DNA from: an uncultured Mycoplasmatota bacterium
GTDB lineage: Bacteria > Bacillota_I > Bacilli_A > RF39 > UBA660
Length of the DNA: 64,000 nucleotides
Assembly: GCA_947652325.1 (NCBI GenBank)
Contig: CANTCQ010000007.1
Coordinates: 3,160 to 67,159 of the forward strand
Direction: 5' to 3'
The position numbers and the translations under genes are program-made. How positions within the stretch are numbered: position 1 is the stretch's first letter; the number at the start of each line of letters is the position of its first letter. The notes beneath the pieces are model-generated. The model saw nothing but the letters and a program-made list of their open reading frames with translations, was not told the DNA's origin and searched no databases. Shown here in pieces: positions 38,495-49,067 of this stretch.

Positions 38495-40651
38495 CTACAT
38501 TGACTTTCTTTCCGCTATTTCGGCCATTTTGGCTTTATTAAGTCTTGTATCTCCATGTACTCTTGAGTAAGATAAATATCCATTCATTCTATCAATTTTG
38601 GTAAGGTCAGAACTTCCACATTTAGGACAAGTATCCATATCTAATTCTTCATGTCCACAGTTACTACAGTATGCTAAGGATAAATTAACTCCTTCATAAA
38701 ATCCTTTTTCCATCGCTCTTTCAATATAGGTAGTCATGGCTTTTTTGTTGTAATTTAAATTGTAACGAACATATTGGATTCTGCCACCACGGAAAAGGTC
38801 CCAAAATCTTTCTTCTAAGTCTTGTTTTTGAACTCCTGTTATTTCCTCCCAAACGCCACAGTGGAAAGAATTACTTACGTATTCTCTTGAAGATACACCT
38901 TCTACAATTCCATATTTTTTTCTAAATTGTTCGACTTGAAGTCCACACAAATTTTCAGCTGGAGTTCCATAAATGGCATATAAAATATGGTCTTCTTTCT
39001 TAAATTCTGCAATTTTATCGTTAATGTATTTCATCACATCTAAAGAAAATGCACCATCTTCTACTAAAGATTTGCCATTGTAAAGTACTTGTAATTCGTT
39101 AAGCGCTGTAATTCCAAACGATGCTGTTGCTGCTTCTAATAATGGTTCAATATTATCGTTTTGTTTCAAATGCCCTTTATAAAATCCGCCTTCGCAATAT
39201 GCTAGTGGATTCGTGCTTGCTTTTTTCTTTCCTAAATATTTATAAGTCCGAATGTGAATTTTACGAATCATTTCTAAATAATAGTCAAGCACTTCATAAA
39301 AATCTTTTCTTTCTTCTCTGGCTTTTGCTAAAATCATAGGTAAATGAAGGGATACTGCTCCAATATTAAATCTTCCGATAAATATTGGTTTATCGTCTTT
39401 ATCCGCTGGTTCAAATCCTCCACGTTCAAAGTAAGGACTTAAAAAAGCACGACATCCCATTGGACTTACAACACGACCATATTTTTTATACATTTCGGGA
39501 ACGTATCCTTCTCCAGTTAAAGATAAATAATCTGGATACATGGTTTTAGAACTACATTCAATGGCTGCCAAAAAGTTTTCATACAATTCTTTTCCTTCTT
39601 TATGCAAATTTTTGTCATACAAAAAAACAAGTTTTGGAAATAAAGTTGGTTTTTTGAAGCCTTCACGTCCTTGTCCTTTTTGGTGTGTTTCTAAAATAGT
39701 TTTAGCAATCATACGACCAAAACGACTGGTGTCAATTCCAAATGTAAAGGTAACAAAAGGATAATCGCCACGGGAAGAACCAACACTGTTTAATTTATAT
39801 TCGATACCTTGATACCCTTGTTCACATTCTCTATGTGTTTTCTTTAACGCATAGGCCTCTGCCCCTTCTGAATCGCCATCCTCTCCTTTAATATCTAAAT
39901 ACTCTTGGTAATATTTCCGATAGGTTTTTTCAGCATAAGGAGTGAGTATACTATCTACTTCAGGAACAGTAAATCCTCCGTATTGCATAGCAGCTGTATT
40001 TATGACAACATCTCCCATAACATCAAAGGCTGTATCCAAGGTCTTTGGTTCAGTGTACCAAAGATTTCCCATTTCAAATCCACCTTTCATAATAGCCCCA
40101 ACATCACATAAGCAACAGTTCATTGTATCGCGTCTTGCACTCATATCGTGTACATAAATATAACCATCTTCACAAGCCTCTACTTCCGCTGTTGTTAGAA
40201 AAAATTTTCTATATAATTCTTTATTTAAAGAACCATATACTAAACTTCTTTGAGTAGCTACTAAAGCACTATCCGTATTTGAATTTTCTTTATCTCCAAT
40301 ATAATTTATAGCTTGAGCTTTTTTATATACTTTATCTAAAATATGAACAAATTCTTTTTTATAATTTCTATATTCACGGTAACTTTTGGCCACTAGCGGA
40401 TTTACTTTTTCTAAAGCGGCTTCTACACAATTGTGAATTTGTTGTACTTCAGGATTTGTTGTTTGATTTTTTAAAAAATCAAGCACAATCGATACAACTT
40501 CATCTTCAGCTTCTGGAGTTAACTCTACCATTACTCTTTCGGCACTTTTTTGAATAGCGGATTTTATCTTTTCAGCATCAAATTCTTGTTGGTTTCCATT
40601 TCTTTTTACAATTTTTATTTTTGCGGCAATCGCTGCTTCTTTTTTATTCAT
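38495..40651 (-). CDS. nrdD: Anaerobic ribonucleoside-triphosphate reductase (class III RNR).
   Basis: N-terminal ATP-cone and a C-terminal CxxC...CxxC zinc ribbon next to the glycyl-radical region. 718 aa. Confidence 0.9.
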   Translation of the reverse strand: MNKKEAAIAAKIKIVKRNGNQQEFDAEKIKSAIQKSAERVMVELTPEAEDEVVSIVLDFLKNQTTNPEVQQIHNCVEAALEKVNPLVAKSYREYRNYKKEFVHILDKVYKKAQAINYIGDKENSNTDSALVATQRSLVYGSLNKELYRKFFLTTAEVEACEDGYIYVHDMSARRDTMNCCLCDVGAIMKGGFEMGNLWYTEPKTLDTAFDVMGDVVINTAAMQYGGFTVPEVDSILTPYAEKTYRKYYQEYLDIKGEDGDSEGAEAYALKKTHRECEQGYQGIEYKLNSVGSSRGDYPFVTFTFGIDTSRFGRMIAKTILETHQKGQGREGFKKPTLFPKLVFLYDKNLHKEGKELYENFLAAIECSSKTMYPDYLSLTGEGYVPEMYKKYGRVVSPMGCRAFLSPYFERGGFEPADKDDKPIFIGRFNIGAVSLHLPMILAKAREERKDFYEVLDYYLEMIRKIHIRTYKYLGKKKASTNPLAYCEGGFYKGHLKQNDNIEPLLEAATASFGITALNELQVLYNGKSLVEDGAFSLDVMKYINDKIAEFKKEDHILYAIYGTPAENLCGLQVEQFRKKYGIVEGVSSREYVSNSFHCGVWEEITGVQKQDLEERFWDLFRGGRIQYVRYNLNYNKKAMTTYIERAMEKGFYEGVNLSLAYCSNCGHEELDMDTCPKCGSSDLTKIDRMNGYLSYSRVHGDTRLNKAKMAEIAERKSM

Positions 40652-40706
40652 CTTACTCCCACTTCCTTCTATGTTGTATTCATTTTAGCATTTAAAAAAA
40701 TTAAAG

Positions 40707-40726
40707 TTTGTTGCAATTGCAACAAA
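40707..40726. promoter_or_regulatory. Perfect 20-bp palindrome TTTGTTGCAATTGCAACAAA in the nrdD / crp-family divergent intergenic region. It overlaps the -35 of the crp-family gene.
   Basis: Read directly. -35 TTGCAA (40717-40722), 17-nt spacer, -10 TATAAT (40740-40745). The TTGT..ACAA arms resemble Rex and Crp/Fnr-family operators. Confidence 0.5.
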
Positions 40727-40778
40727 TATGTACTTTTGTTATAATTTTTTTAAGAGGTATTTTGGGAGGCCTGGAACT

Positions 40779-41423
40779 ATGCATAATTTTAAGCAAAAAA
40801 AATTAACTGATTTACAAATAGAAGTCATGTCAAACTGTGTCAATATAAAAAAGAAAACATTTAAAACCGGAGAATACATTTTAAGTTTTGGATTAAGACA
40901 AAAAATGATAGGACTTGTAGCTGTGGGAAAAGCCGATATTATTCGTATCGATATTGATGGAAATGCTTCTGTTATTAAAAAGTTAATTCCTGGAAGTATT
41001 TTTAACGATGCTTTTTCCTGTTTTTCGAATACTTCCACTTTTGTAATAAGCCGAACAGATACAGAAATTTATTTTATTGATTATGCCCAAATCATGACGA
41101 ATTGCTTAATGAACTGCAAATATCATCATCAAATGATACAAATCATTTTAGAACTTTTAACGGAAAATACTATTATTTTAAATGAAAAAATCGAAATTTT
41201 AAGTTATCCGAAAATTCGTGACCGTATTTTATCTTTTTTATCTATCAAAATGGAAGATATTCATACACAAAGCATTACCCTTCCCTTTTCTATTACAGAA
41301 TTTGCAGAATTTTTATGTGTAGATAGAAGTGCTTTAATGCGTGAACTTAAAAAAATGGAGAGTGATGGAATTATTAGGCGCCATAATAAAACCATTACTT
41401 TATTAAACGTTTCACATTACTAA
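40779..41423 (+). CDS. Crp/Fnr-family transcriptional regulator.
   Basis: cNMP-binding-like beta-roll and C-terminal HTH (FSITEFAEFLCVDRSALMRELKKME). Start MHNFKQKK after GGGAGG. Confidence 0.75.
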   Translation: MHNFKQKKLTDLQIEVMSNCVNIKKKTFKTGEYILSFGLRQKMIGLVAVGKADIIRIDIDGNASVIKKLIPGSIFNDAFSCFSNTSTFVISRTDTEIYFIDYAQIMTNCLMNCKYHHQMIQIILELLTENTIILNEKIEILSYPKIRDRILSFLSIKMEDIHTQSITLPFSITEFAEFLCVDRSALMRELKKMESDGIIRRHNKTITLLNVSHY

Positions 41424-42177
41424 TGGCATTCTTTTCGATTCTAGAGACTTGGGCTTGAGAAATGCCCAAACTTTGTGCAATTTCCATTTGGGTTTTGCCA
41501 ATAATGAAACGTTCAACAAGTACATTTCGTTCTCGTGTTTTAATTTTGTTAATAGCACGCCTTAAAGAAATGAGCATATCTTTGTCTTCTCTCATATCTT
41601 TTTTATCCGCAATTTGGTCTAGTAAATAAATGGTATCTCCACCATCATTATAAATTGGTTCAAAAATACTCATGGGTTCCTTTAAACTGTCTAGTGCAAA
41701 GTTAATTTGGTATTCTTCTATTTCTAATGCTTTTGCTATCTCTTTATTTGTAGGTTCCACTCCATTTGTTTTTAGACAATCTTCTTTATATTTTATAATC
41801 GAATATGCTAAGTCTTTTATACTTCTACTTACGCGAATGGAAGTATTATCTCGGATATATCTTTTGATTTCTCCCACAATTAAAGGAATAGCATAAGTTG
41901 ATAATTTTAAATTATAAGATAAATCGAAATTATCGATAGCTTTTATTAAACCAACAACTCCGACTTGAAACAAATCATCTAAATTGTATTTTTCTTTATT
42001 AAACTTCTTTAAAACGCTTAATACCAGTTTTAAATTTCCTTCTACGAGTTCATCTTTCGCTTTCACATCTCCTGCTTGATACCGTTTAAAAAGTTCAACC
42101 ATTTCTTTTTGTTTTAATACTTTAAGATTACTTGTATTTACATTGGTAATGTCCACTTTATATTTACTCATAAACAA
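41395..42177 (-). CDS. sigG: Sporulation sigma factor SigG (forespore late).
   Basis: Sigma-70 regions 2-4. It is immediately downstream of sigE in the conserved spoIIGA-sigE-sigG cluster. Confidence 0.85.
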   Translation of the reverse strand: MFMSKYKVDITNVNTSNLKVLKQKEMVELFKRYQAGDVKAKDELVEGNLKLVLSVLKKFNKEKYNLDDLFQVGVVGLIKAIDNFDLSYNLKLSTYAIPLIVGEIKRYIRDNTSIRVSRSIKDLAYSIIKYKEDCLKTNGVEPTNKEIAKALEIEEYQINFALDSLKEPMSIFEPIYNDGGDTIYLLDQIADKKDMREDKDMLISLRRAINKIKTRERNVLVERFIIGKTQMEIAQSLGISQAQVSRIEKNAISNVKRLIK

Positions 42178-42240
42178 AAGCTCCTTTCATAGTTGTTTTG
42201 CTATGAAAAGAGCTTTTTTATTCTTTTTTTTGCTTTTTTA

Positions 42241-42930
42241 TTATGTTTTTAATAAATTTTTTAAATTTTTAATTACTTTTTTTTCAATTCTTGATATATA
42301 TGATTGACTAATTCCAAGCATTTCTGCTACTTCTTTTTGAGTATATTCTTCTGTATTATTTAAACCGTACCGTAAAACCATAATTTGCTTATCACGGGGT
42401 TCTAGTTTATTGATTTCGCTTGCAAGCATCCTTTTATCCATGGAATTTTCAAATTCTTTAATAACAATATCTTCTTCTGTTCCCAAAATATCTTCTAAAT
42501 GCAATTCATTTCCTTCGGAATCATAATTTAAAGCATCTTCAAACGATATTTCTGTTTTTCTTCTTTTGTTTTTTCTTAAAAACATTAAAATTTCATTAGC
42601 AATACAACGCGAAGCATAAGTAGCAAGTTTAATGTTTTTATCAATTTTATATGTATTAATCCCTTTAATTAAACCAATGGAACCAATACTCACTAAATCT
42701 TCAATGTCATATCCAGCGCTCTCATACTTTTTTGCTAAAAATACGACCAATCGTAAGTTGTGTTCAATTAACGAATCTCTCGCACTTTCATCGCCTTCTT
42801 TTAATCGAATTAAAAGAGAAAGCTCTTCTTCTTTACTCAAAGGTGGGGGGAGTTTATCTGTACTTCCCACAAAGAAACATTCTGCGTATTTTTTCCTTAA
42901 CCACAAAATGATTTTTTTAATTATATTCAT
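42241..42930 (-). CDS. sigE: Pro-sigma-E (mother-cell early sigma factor precursor).
   Basis: The N-terminal pro-sequence ...YAECFFVGSTDKLPPPLSKEEE is typical of pro-sigmaE. Sigma-70 r2-r4 follow. Confidence 0.9.
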   Translation of the reverse strand: MNIIKKIILWLRKKYAECFFVGSTDKLPPPLSKEEELSLLIRLKEGDESARDSLIEHNLRLVVFLAKKYESAGYDIEDLVSIGSIGLIKGINTYKIDKNIKLATYASRCIANEILMFLRKNKRRKTEISFEDALNYDSEGNELHLEDILGTEEDIVIKEFENSMDKRMLASEINKLEPRDKQIMVLRYGLNNTEEYTQKEVAEMLGISQSYISRIEKKVIKNLKNLLKT

Positions 42931-43715
42931 GATAGTTCCTCCATTAATTTATTATTTAATATGCATTCTACACCTTCTAAAGAAAATTTTTTGTCGCTTA
43001 TACCAAGCAAATAATTTTTATAAGTTTTTCCTTGTATTTCTACTCTTTCTGGTTTTAAACATTTTATTAAGTTGTGATTATTTAAACTATTAAAAGGAAC
43101 ATAATAATATTTTATATTTTCCTCGTTTATTACTCCCTTTTGGAGCAAAATAATGGGCTTATTTGTTATGGGGTCAACGAGTTTATTTCCTGTATCTAAA
43201 AAACCATGAAGTGTATATTTTTTTTTCTCTTTTAAAATAATTGTCACTTCATAAATCAAATTATAATTACTTTTCATTTTTTTTGCTTGCCTATAATAAA
43301 TATATAATATAACAGGGGAAAAAATGATTAAAAAAATAGCATTTATATTAAGTCCTTTATTTATAAAGATAAGTCCAATGTGGGAATAACTGAATTCTAA
43401 ATTTAAATAATATAAGAATCCTCCTAAAATGACACTAATCATGTAAAAATACCCAAAATTATTTACAAAATATTTTATATCTTTAAAACCAAATGTAAGA
43501 ATGTTCATCAAACAGGCTAGTCCTATTTTAAAGAAAAAAAGAAGAATATTATTGGTATTCCAAAATAAAAACAAAGTAGAGAGACTTCCTACGATGGCTC
43601 CCAAACCTATTTTTTTTAGTGGGGCACTTCTTTTTAATACAATAGAAGTTGTCATTAAAAGAAGAAAGTCTAAGTATAAGTTTAAAATAAGAACTAAATC
43701 TATGTAGACTTTCAT
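42927..43715 (-). CDS. spoIIGA: SpoIIGA pro-sigma-E processing aspartic protease.
   Basis: Five N-terminal TM helices and C-terminal HGFLDTGNKLVDP (DTG). Start MKVYIDLV with RBS AGGTGAT. Confidence 0.85.
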   Translation of the reverse strand: MKVYIDLVLILNLYLDFLLLMTTSIVLKRSAPLKKIGLGAIVGSLSTLFLFWNTNNILLFFFKIGLACLMNILTFGFKDIKYFVNNFGYFYMISVILGGFLYYLNLEFSYSHIGLIFINKGLNINAIFLIIFSPVILYIYYRQAKKMKSNYNLIYEVTIILKEKKKYTLHGFLDTGNKLVDPITNKPIILLQKGVINEENIKYYYVPFNSLNNHNLIKCLKPERVEIQGKTYKNYLLGISDKKFSLEGVECILNNKLMEELS

Positions 43716-43776
43716 ACTATCACCTAAAAGAAGTATACAAAAAAACAACATAAAATTATGTTGTTTTTTGTATTAT

Positions 43777-44871
43777 TTAAAATCCATTGTGATTTCTTAA
43801 AAATGGTGGGATATCATATTCTGAATCAAAATCTTCTTCCCTATTTCTTCCTCTATTTTTTTGTTCACGTTGTCCATATTGTGGTTCATCATCACGACTG
43901 CTAGATGTTTGTTTTCCATCAAATCCAGTTGCAATAACGGTTACAATAACTTCTTCATTTAAATTAGAGTTAGGTATTGCCCCAAAAATAATATTGATAT
44001 CGTTATTTGCAGCAGAACGTACGGTTTCTACAGCATCTTCAATTTCAAATAAAGTTAGAGAATCTCCTCCTGTGATATTAATAATAGCATCTGTAGCTCC
44101 TTCTATAGTTGTTTCCAGAAGAGCACTTGATACAGCTTGTTCTGCAGCTTCAACAGCTCGATTTTCACCAACACCCATTCCAATACCAATCAAAGCGGTT
44201 CCTGATTTTTCCATAACAGTTTTAACATCTGCAAAATCTAGGTTAATAATTCCAGTTACTGCAATTAAATCAGAAATGGATTGTACTCCTCTATGTAATA
44301 CGTTATCTACTTCTTTGAAAGCATCTTGAAAACTTGTTGTTTTGTCAATAATATCGCGTAGACGGTCATTTGGAATAATGATTAATGTATCCACGTGTTT
44401 TTTAAGTTCTTCTAAGCCTACTAAAGCATGTTCCATTCTTCTTTTTCCTTCAAAACGAAATGGTTTTGTAACAATTCCCACTGTTAAAGCTCCTAAATCT
44501 TGCGCTATTTCTGCAATAACTGGAGCTGCTCCTGTACCTGTTCCACCACCTAAACCACAAGCAATGAAAACCATATCTGCCCCACGAATAGCATTTTCAA
44601 TTTCAGATTTACTTTCTAAAGCTGCTTCCCTACCTACTTCTGGATTAGAACCAGCTCCACGACCACCTGTAATATTTTCACCAATTTGAATTTTATGTGG
44701 TGCACGTGATGCATCTAGCACTTGTTTATCTGTATTTACTACGTAAAATTCAACACCTTGTACACCTTCTTCTATCATTCGATTTACTGCATTACAGCCG
44801 CCACCACCAGCACCAAATACTTTTATTTTCGCAATTGGGTTTATTTTTAATCCGTTACTTATCCCGTCCAT
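43777..44871 (-). CDS. ftsZ: Cell division protein FtsZ.
   Basis: GGGTGTG tubulin signature. Confidence 0.95.
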   Translation of the reverse strand: MDGISNGLKINPIAKIKVFGAGGGGCNAVNRMIEEGVQGVEFYVVNTDKQVLDASRAPHKIQIGENITGGRGAGSNPEVGREAALESKSEIENAIRGADMVFIACGLGGGTGTGAAPVIAEIAQDLGALTVGIVTKPFRFEGKRRMEHALVGLEELKKHVDTLIIIPNDRLRDIIDKTTSFQDAFKEVDNVLHRGVQSISDLIAVTGIINLDFADVKTVMEKSGTALIGIGMGVGENRAVEAAEQAVSSALLETTIEGATDAIINITGGDSLTLFEIEDAVETVRSAANNDINIIFGAIPNSNLNEEVIVTVIATGFDGKQTSSSRDDEPQYGQREQKNRGRNREEDFDSEYDIPPFLRNHNGF

Positions 44872-44883
44872 AATACACTCTCC

Positions 44884-46128
44884 TTAATTATCGAAAAAAT
44901 ATCCAAATAATTTTCCTAAAATGGAATTATCAGATATATTGATTTTTTTATGTTTTCCACTCAGTTCTTCTTGTTCCTCTACACTAAATATAGAAATCTC
45001 TTTTCCACGCAATTCTAATTTACTATTGTAAAACTTAATTAAGCCTAAACAAGCAGAATATTTATTATTTCGAACTCCAATTTCTTGTATCTTTCCTATT
45101 TTAGCACTTCTGCCAAAAATACTTTCAAGTGTTAGTTCAAAATCAGGCATCTCGCTTACGCCGCCCGTTACTATTATATAATGAATTTCTTTTTTTGTTA
45201 AGTGATTAATTTGATTTTTTGCAACATTTAAAATTTCTTCTAAGCGGCTCATTATAATTTCACTTAATTCATATTGATTTATGGAAATACTTTCCCCTAA
45301 CTTATTTGTAACAATTGCTGATGCTGTTGCTTGGGCCATTCTTTTATGAGCTAATCCTAAATTTTCTTTTAAATACCTTGCATCATTCTTCGTTACTTTA
45401 TATATAAATGATATATCATTATCAATATTTTGTCCACCCATTTCAATCACATTTGTATTTGTTTCAACTCCTTTATTAAAAATAGATACTGTTGTTGTTG
45501 CCTCACCAATGTTAATAATTGCTCCTACTAAATTATCCATTTTTTCATTTCGAAGAGCGTAATAATCTCCATTAGAAGTTAAAGCAATATCCATTATTTC
45601 TACTCCTATTTTTTCAAAACTTTCTAACAAGGCATGCACATTTTCTTTCGGAATAATAGAAGATACTGTCTTTACAGTTAATTTATTTGCTACACAATTT
45701 AATGGATTTTTAATAGGCTCCTCGTTATTTATTTTAAATCCTGCTGGAACAATACTTACAATTTCTTTTTCTGGTGGAATACGATTGTAAACCGATGCTT
45801 GCATAGCCCTTACAATATCAATTCCTTTTACTATTTTATCCTCATTGGTAATAGAAGTACTTCCTTCACTCATTAAAAATTCTGTTTGAAAACTTGGAAC
45901 GGTCACAATCATTTTTCGAATACTTAAGCCTAGCATGTCTTCTGCTTTTTTTATCGTTGCTTTTAAAATAGGCATTAATACTTCTTTGTTTACAATTAAT
46001 CCTTTTTTTATTCCTTTTGCCTCTGTTTCCGCAACTGCTAAAATATTGGTTCTATATTTTTGGATTTCCGCAACAATTATTTTAATTGAATTGGTTCCAA
46101 TATCCATACTGGCTATGATTTTTCTCAT
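44884..46128 (-). CDS. ftsA: Cell division protein FtsA.
   Basis: Actin-fold ATPase. IASMDIGTNSIK phosphate-1 motif. It sits upstream of ftsZ. Confidence 0.9.
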   Translation of the reverse strand: MRKIIASMDIGTNSIKIIVAEIQKYRTNILAVAETEAKGIKKGLIVNKEVLMPILKATIKKAEDMLGLSIRKMIVTVPSFQTEFLMSEGSTSITNEDKIVKGIDIVRAMQASVYNRIPPEKEIVSIVPAGFKINNEEPIKNPLNCVANKLTVKTVSSIIPKENVHALLESFEKIGVEIMDIALTSNGDYYALRNEKMDNLVGAIINIGEATTTVSIFNKGVETNTNVIEMGGQNIDNDISFIYKVTKNDARYLKENLGLAHKRMAQATASAIVTNKLGESISINQYELSEIIMSRLEEILNVAKNQINHLTKKEIHYIIVTGGVSEMPDFELTLESIFGRSAKIGKIQEIGVRNNKYSACLGLIKFYNSKLELRGKEISIFSVEEQEELSGKHKKINISDNSILGKLFGYFFDN

Positions 46129-46198
46129 TGCAACGCTCCTATTTTTTTACTACTACCATTATATAAAAATTGCTTGAAAAACACAAGTCGTTCTATTT

Positions 46199-47899
46199 TT
46201 AAAAAACTCCATTCCAAGATTCATGTGTTGGTTTATTTGCTGGGCTTTTATAAAACATATTTGATATTTGAGAACTGGATTGTCGTATAAAATTATTTCC
46301 ATAATTGATTTGATTCAAGTTTTTGCATTCATAAAACATTTCAGTCATATCTGTTACATTGCTTGTATCAAAATTACTTATATCTAAATTAATTAAATTT
46401 TCTCTTCCATAAAACATACGTCGCATGTTGGTTACTTTATTGGTATTAAAATTACTTAAATTTAAATTTGTTATTTTACTACGATTATTAAAATTATCAT
46501 AAAACATTTCTTCCATATTTGTTACGTTACTTGTGTTAAAATGGCTTATATTTAAGTTTACTAAACTTGGACAAAGCCCAAACATTTGTCTCATATTTGT
46601 TACATTACTTGTATCAAAGCTACTTAAATTTAAATTAACTAAATTTCGACTATTATAAAACATACCAAACATATTTGTTACATTACTTGTATCAAAGCTA
46701 CTTAAATTTAAATTAACTAAATTTATGTCACCAGCAAACATATTAGACATATCTTTTACTTTGCTCGTATTAAAATTACTTACATCCAAATCAGTTAATC
46801 TTTCACACGCGAAAAACATACCAGACATATTTGTTACATTACTCGTATCAAAATGGCTTACATCTAAATTTGTTATGTGATTACTCCCTTGAAACATACC
46901 AGACATATTTGTTACATTACTTGTATCAAAATTACTTAAATCTAAATTAATTAAATTTATGTTAGAACGAAACATACCAGACATATTTGTTACATTACTC
47001 GTATCAAAATATTCTAATCCTTCAATACTTTCTAAATAATAAAAACTTTCAAATAACATTCTACTATTAGAAGGTGCTTTAACCCCACCTTCACTTTGTA
47101 TATATAAAGTATATTTTGATGCGTTATTTTCATTCGGAACCAAATAACCCATAACACTTCCATCCGAATTTTCAGATAAATTAAAGCTTTCTATAACATT
47201 TTCTTTAGAATGCATTTCGGGTTCAAATACTATCTTTGTAATAGTATTTTGATACTTTAACGACCAAAAAGCTTCATACTGTTTATAAGCCATCATTGTT
47301 CCTCTAGCATCATAATTATCATCTATGACTCCTGTAACACTTATTTTTCCGATAAGATTTTTGTTCATAACATCATCTTCCATTGTAACGTTTTCATCTA
47401 ACCATAATTTTAAAGTATATGTTTTACTTTCTCCTATTCCTAAAGAATCAGTAGTTAGTTCATAAGCTTCTATAGCTTTTTTGTTATTTTCTTCATAAGT
47501 AGGTTCTACACTTGTATATTCTTTTAATTTTTGTATTTTTTTCTCATTAAAATTTGTATGGATATATTCACTTGAAAGTTGATTTTCTACTTCTAGTATT
47601 TCTAAATTCACACTATAACTTACTGCTAAATTACAAGTATTTTTTACTCTAAATGTATAGGGAACTAAACTTTTTGCTTCTTCTTTAGTTAATGGATAAG
47701 CATTTTTTAAACTAATAGCACTATTCTCTACATCTTCTATTATTACTTGTAAACAATTACTGGTTATTTTATTAATGCTTTCTTGATAGGCAGTATGAGT
47801 CCATAATGCATAACTGACACCTAGTGCTACTCCTATTATTGTTATGATTCCGATTATAAGTAAAAATATTTTTGTTTTCTTTTTGTATTTTTCTTTCAT
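46199..47899 (-). CDS. Surface protein with BspA-type leucine-rich repeats. Its N-terminal module is paralogous to 12152..13762.
   Basis: About nine ~22-aa repeats of the form L.NL.[LI]S.FDTSNVTNM.GMF. N-terminal signal-anchor plus the AYPLT..PYTFRVKNTC..YSVNLE module. Confidence 0.75.
   Translation of the reverse strand: MKEKYKKKTKIFLLIIGIITIIGVALGVSYALWTHTAYQESINKITSNCLQVIIEDVENSAISLKNAYPLTKEEAKSLVPYTFRVKNTCNLAVSYSVNLEILEVENQLSSEYIHTNFNEKKIQKLKEYTSVEPTYEENNKKAIEAYELTTDSLGIGESKTYTLKLWLDENVTMEDDVMNKNLIGKISVTGVIDDNYDARGTMMAYKQYEAFWSLKYQNTITKIVFEPEMHSKENVIESFNLSENSDGSVMGYLVPNENNASKYTLYIQSEGGVKAPSNSRMLFESFYYLESIEGLEYFDTSNVTNMSGMFRSNINLINLDLSNFDTSNVTNMSGMFQGSNHITNLDVSHFDTSNVTNMSGMFFACERLTDLDVSNFNTSKVKDMSNMFAGDINLVNLNLSSFDTSNVTNMFGMFYNSRNLVNLNLSSFDTSNVTNMRQMFGLCPSLVNLNISHFNTSNVTNMEEMFYDNFNNRSKITNLNLSNFNTNKVTNMRRMFYGRENLINLDISNFDTSNVTDMTEMFYECKNLNQINYGNNFIRQSSSQISNMFYKSPANKPTHESWNGVF
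46596..46735. repeat. Near-perfect ~66-bp tandem duplication inside the LRR coding region.
   Basis: ...catatttgttacattacttgtatcaaagctacttaaatttaaattaactaaattt... occurs twice in direct succession. Further diverged copies occur through 46380-47000. Confidence 0.7.
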
Positions 47900-48003
47900 A
47901 TTTTTTCTCCTACTATTGTTTTTATTATATCTGTTTTTTTTCTGTTTTTCAACTTCTTATCATCTTAAACAGCGTATTAAAAGGATTGCATTTTGCAATC
48001 CTT

Positions 48004-49053
48004 TTAAAATAATTTTAAAATATCTTGACAGGTTATATATATCATTAAAATCATAAGTAGAAGAAAACCTACTGTATGAAATGCATTTTCTATTTTTGCA
48101 TTCATTGGACTTCCTTTTATTTTTTCAATTATCATGAAGAGTACTCGACCACCGTCAAAAGCTGGGAAAGGTAAAATATTAATAAATCCAACATTAATGC
48201 TTAAAAATGCTATTATGTATAAAAATTGTGATAATCCAAGACCCATGGAACTATCTACTACTTCATACATTCCCACTGGTCCAGATAAAGCATTTAAAGA
48301 AATTTTTCCTGTAAACAAACTTGTGATGGTTAAAATCATTGAGTCTACTATACTTTCAAATTTTAAAAATGCATATTTTAAACTTGCTATTATTCCATGA
48401 TATTTTGTCGTATCAATCCCAAAGCCAAATTTATTCGTTTCTATGCCATTTTCATCTTTTACCTTTTCGGGTATTACTTGGTATGTTTTTTCACTACCAT
48501 CTTTCTTTTTTACAACAAACTCAAAAGAATCTTTTGGATTTTTTCGGTATAAGGCTATTTGTAATTTATCCCAAGAAGATGATTTTATTCCATTAATTGC
48601 TAGTATTTGGTCTCCTACTTCTATTCCTGACTTTGCAATAGCAGAATTTTCTAAAATAGTTCCAACAATTGGTTTTGTTGTAGTAGACCCCCCTATAAGC
48701 GCAATAAAAAATAACAAAACAATAGCTAAAATAAAGTTATTCACTACTCCAGCTATTAAAATCATTAATCGTTGTAGCCATGGTTTGTTGCACATAAATC
48801 TTTCTTTTTTTATTTTTTCATCATCTTCGTACACTTCTCCAGCCATTGAAACAAATCCTCCAATAGGAAAAGCTCGTATATTATAATTTATACCATCACG
48901 ACCCTTATGCGTAAAAAGAACTGGCCCCATTCCTAATGAGAATTCATAAATATATACACCACATTTTTTGGCCCAAATAAAGTGCCCAAATTCATGCACT
49001 AAAATAATAATGCTCAATATAAGAACTAATAAAAGTATTGTTACTAACCACAT
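48004..49053 (-). CDS. rseP: RseP/RasP site-2 zinc metalloprotease with a PDZ domain.
   Basis: HEFGHF HExxH motif in TM1, a PDZ domain and a C-terminal LDG motif. Confidence 0.9.
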   Translation of the reverse strand: MWLVTILLLVLILSIIILVHEFGHFIWAKKCGVYIYEFSLGMGPVLFTHKGRDGINYNIRAFPIGGFVSMAGEVYEDDEKIKKERFMCNKPWLQRLMILIAGVVNNFILAIVLLFFIALIGGSTTTKPIVGTILENSAIAKSGIEVGDQILAINGIKSSSWDKLQIALYRKNPKDSFEFVVKKKDGSEKTYQVIPEKVKDENGIETNKFGFGIDTTKYHGIIASLKYAFLKFESIVDSMILTITSLFTGKISLNALSGPVGMYEVVDSSMGLGLSQFLYIIAFLSINVGFINILPFPAFDGGRVLFMIIEKIKGSPMNAKIENAFHTVGFLLLMILMIYITCQDILKLF

Positions 49054-49067
49054 TTTTTTTCCTCCTT

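Noticed and set aside
41395-41423. 29-nt overlap of the 3' ends of the convergent crp-family and sigG genes.
   Set aside because: It depends on an uncertain sigG stop-proximal frame and is probably a benign convergent overlap.
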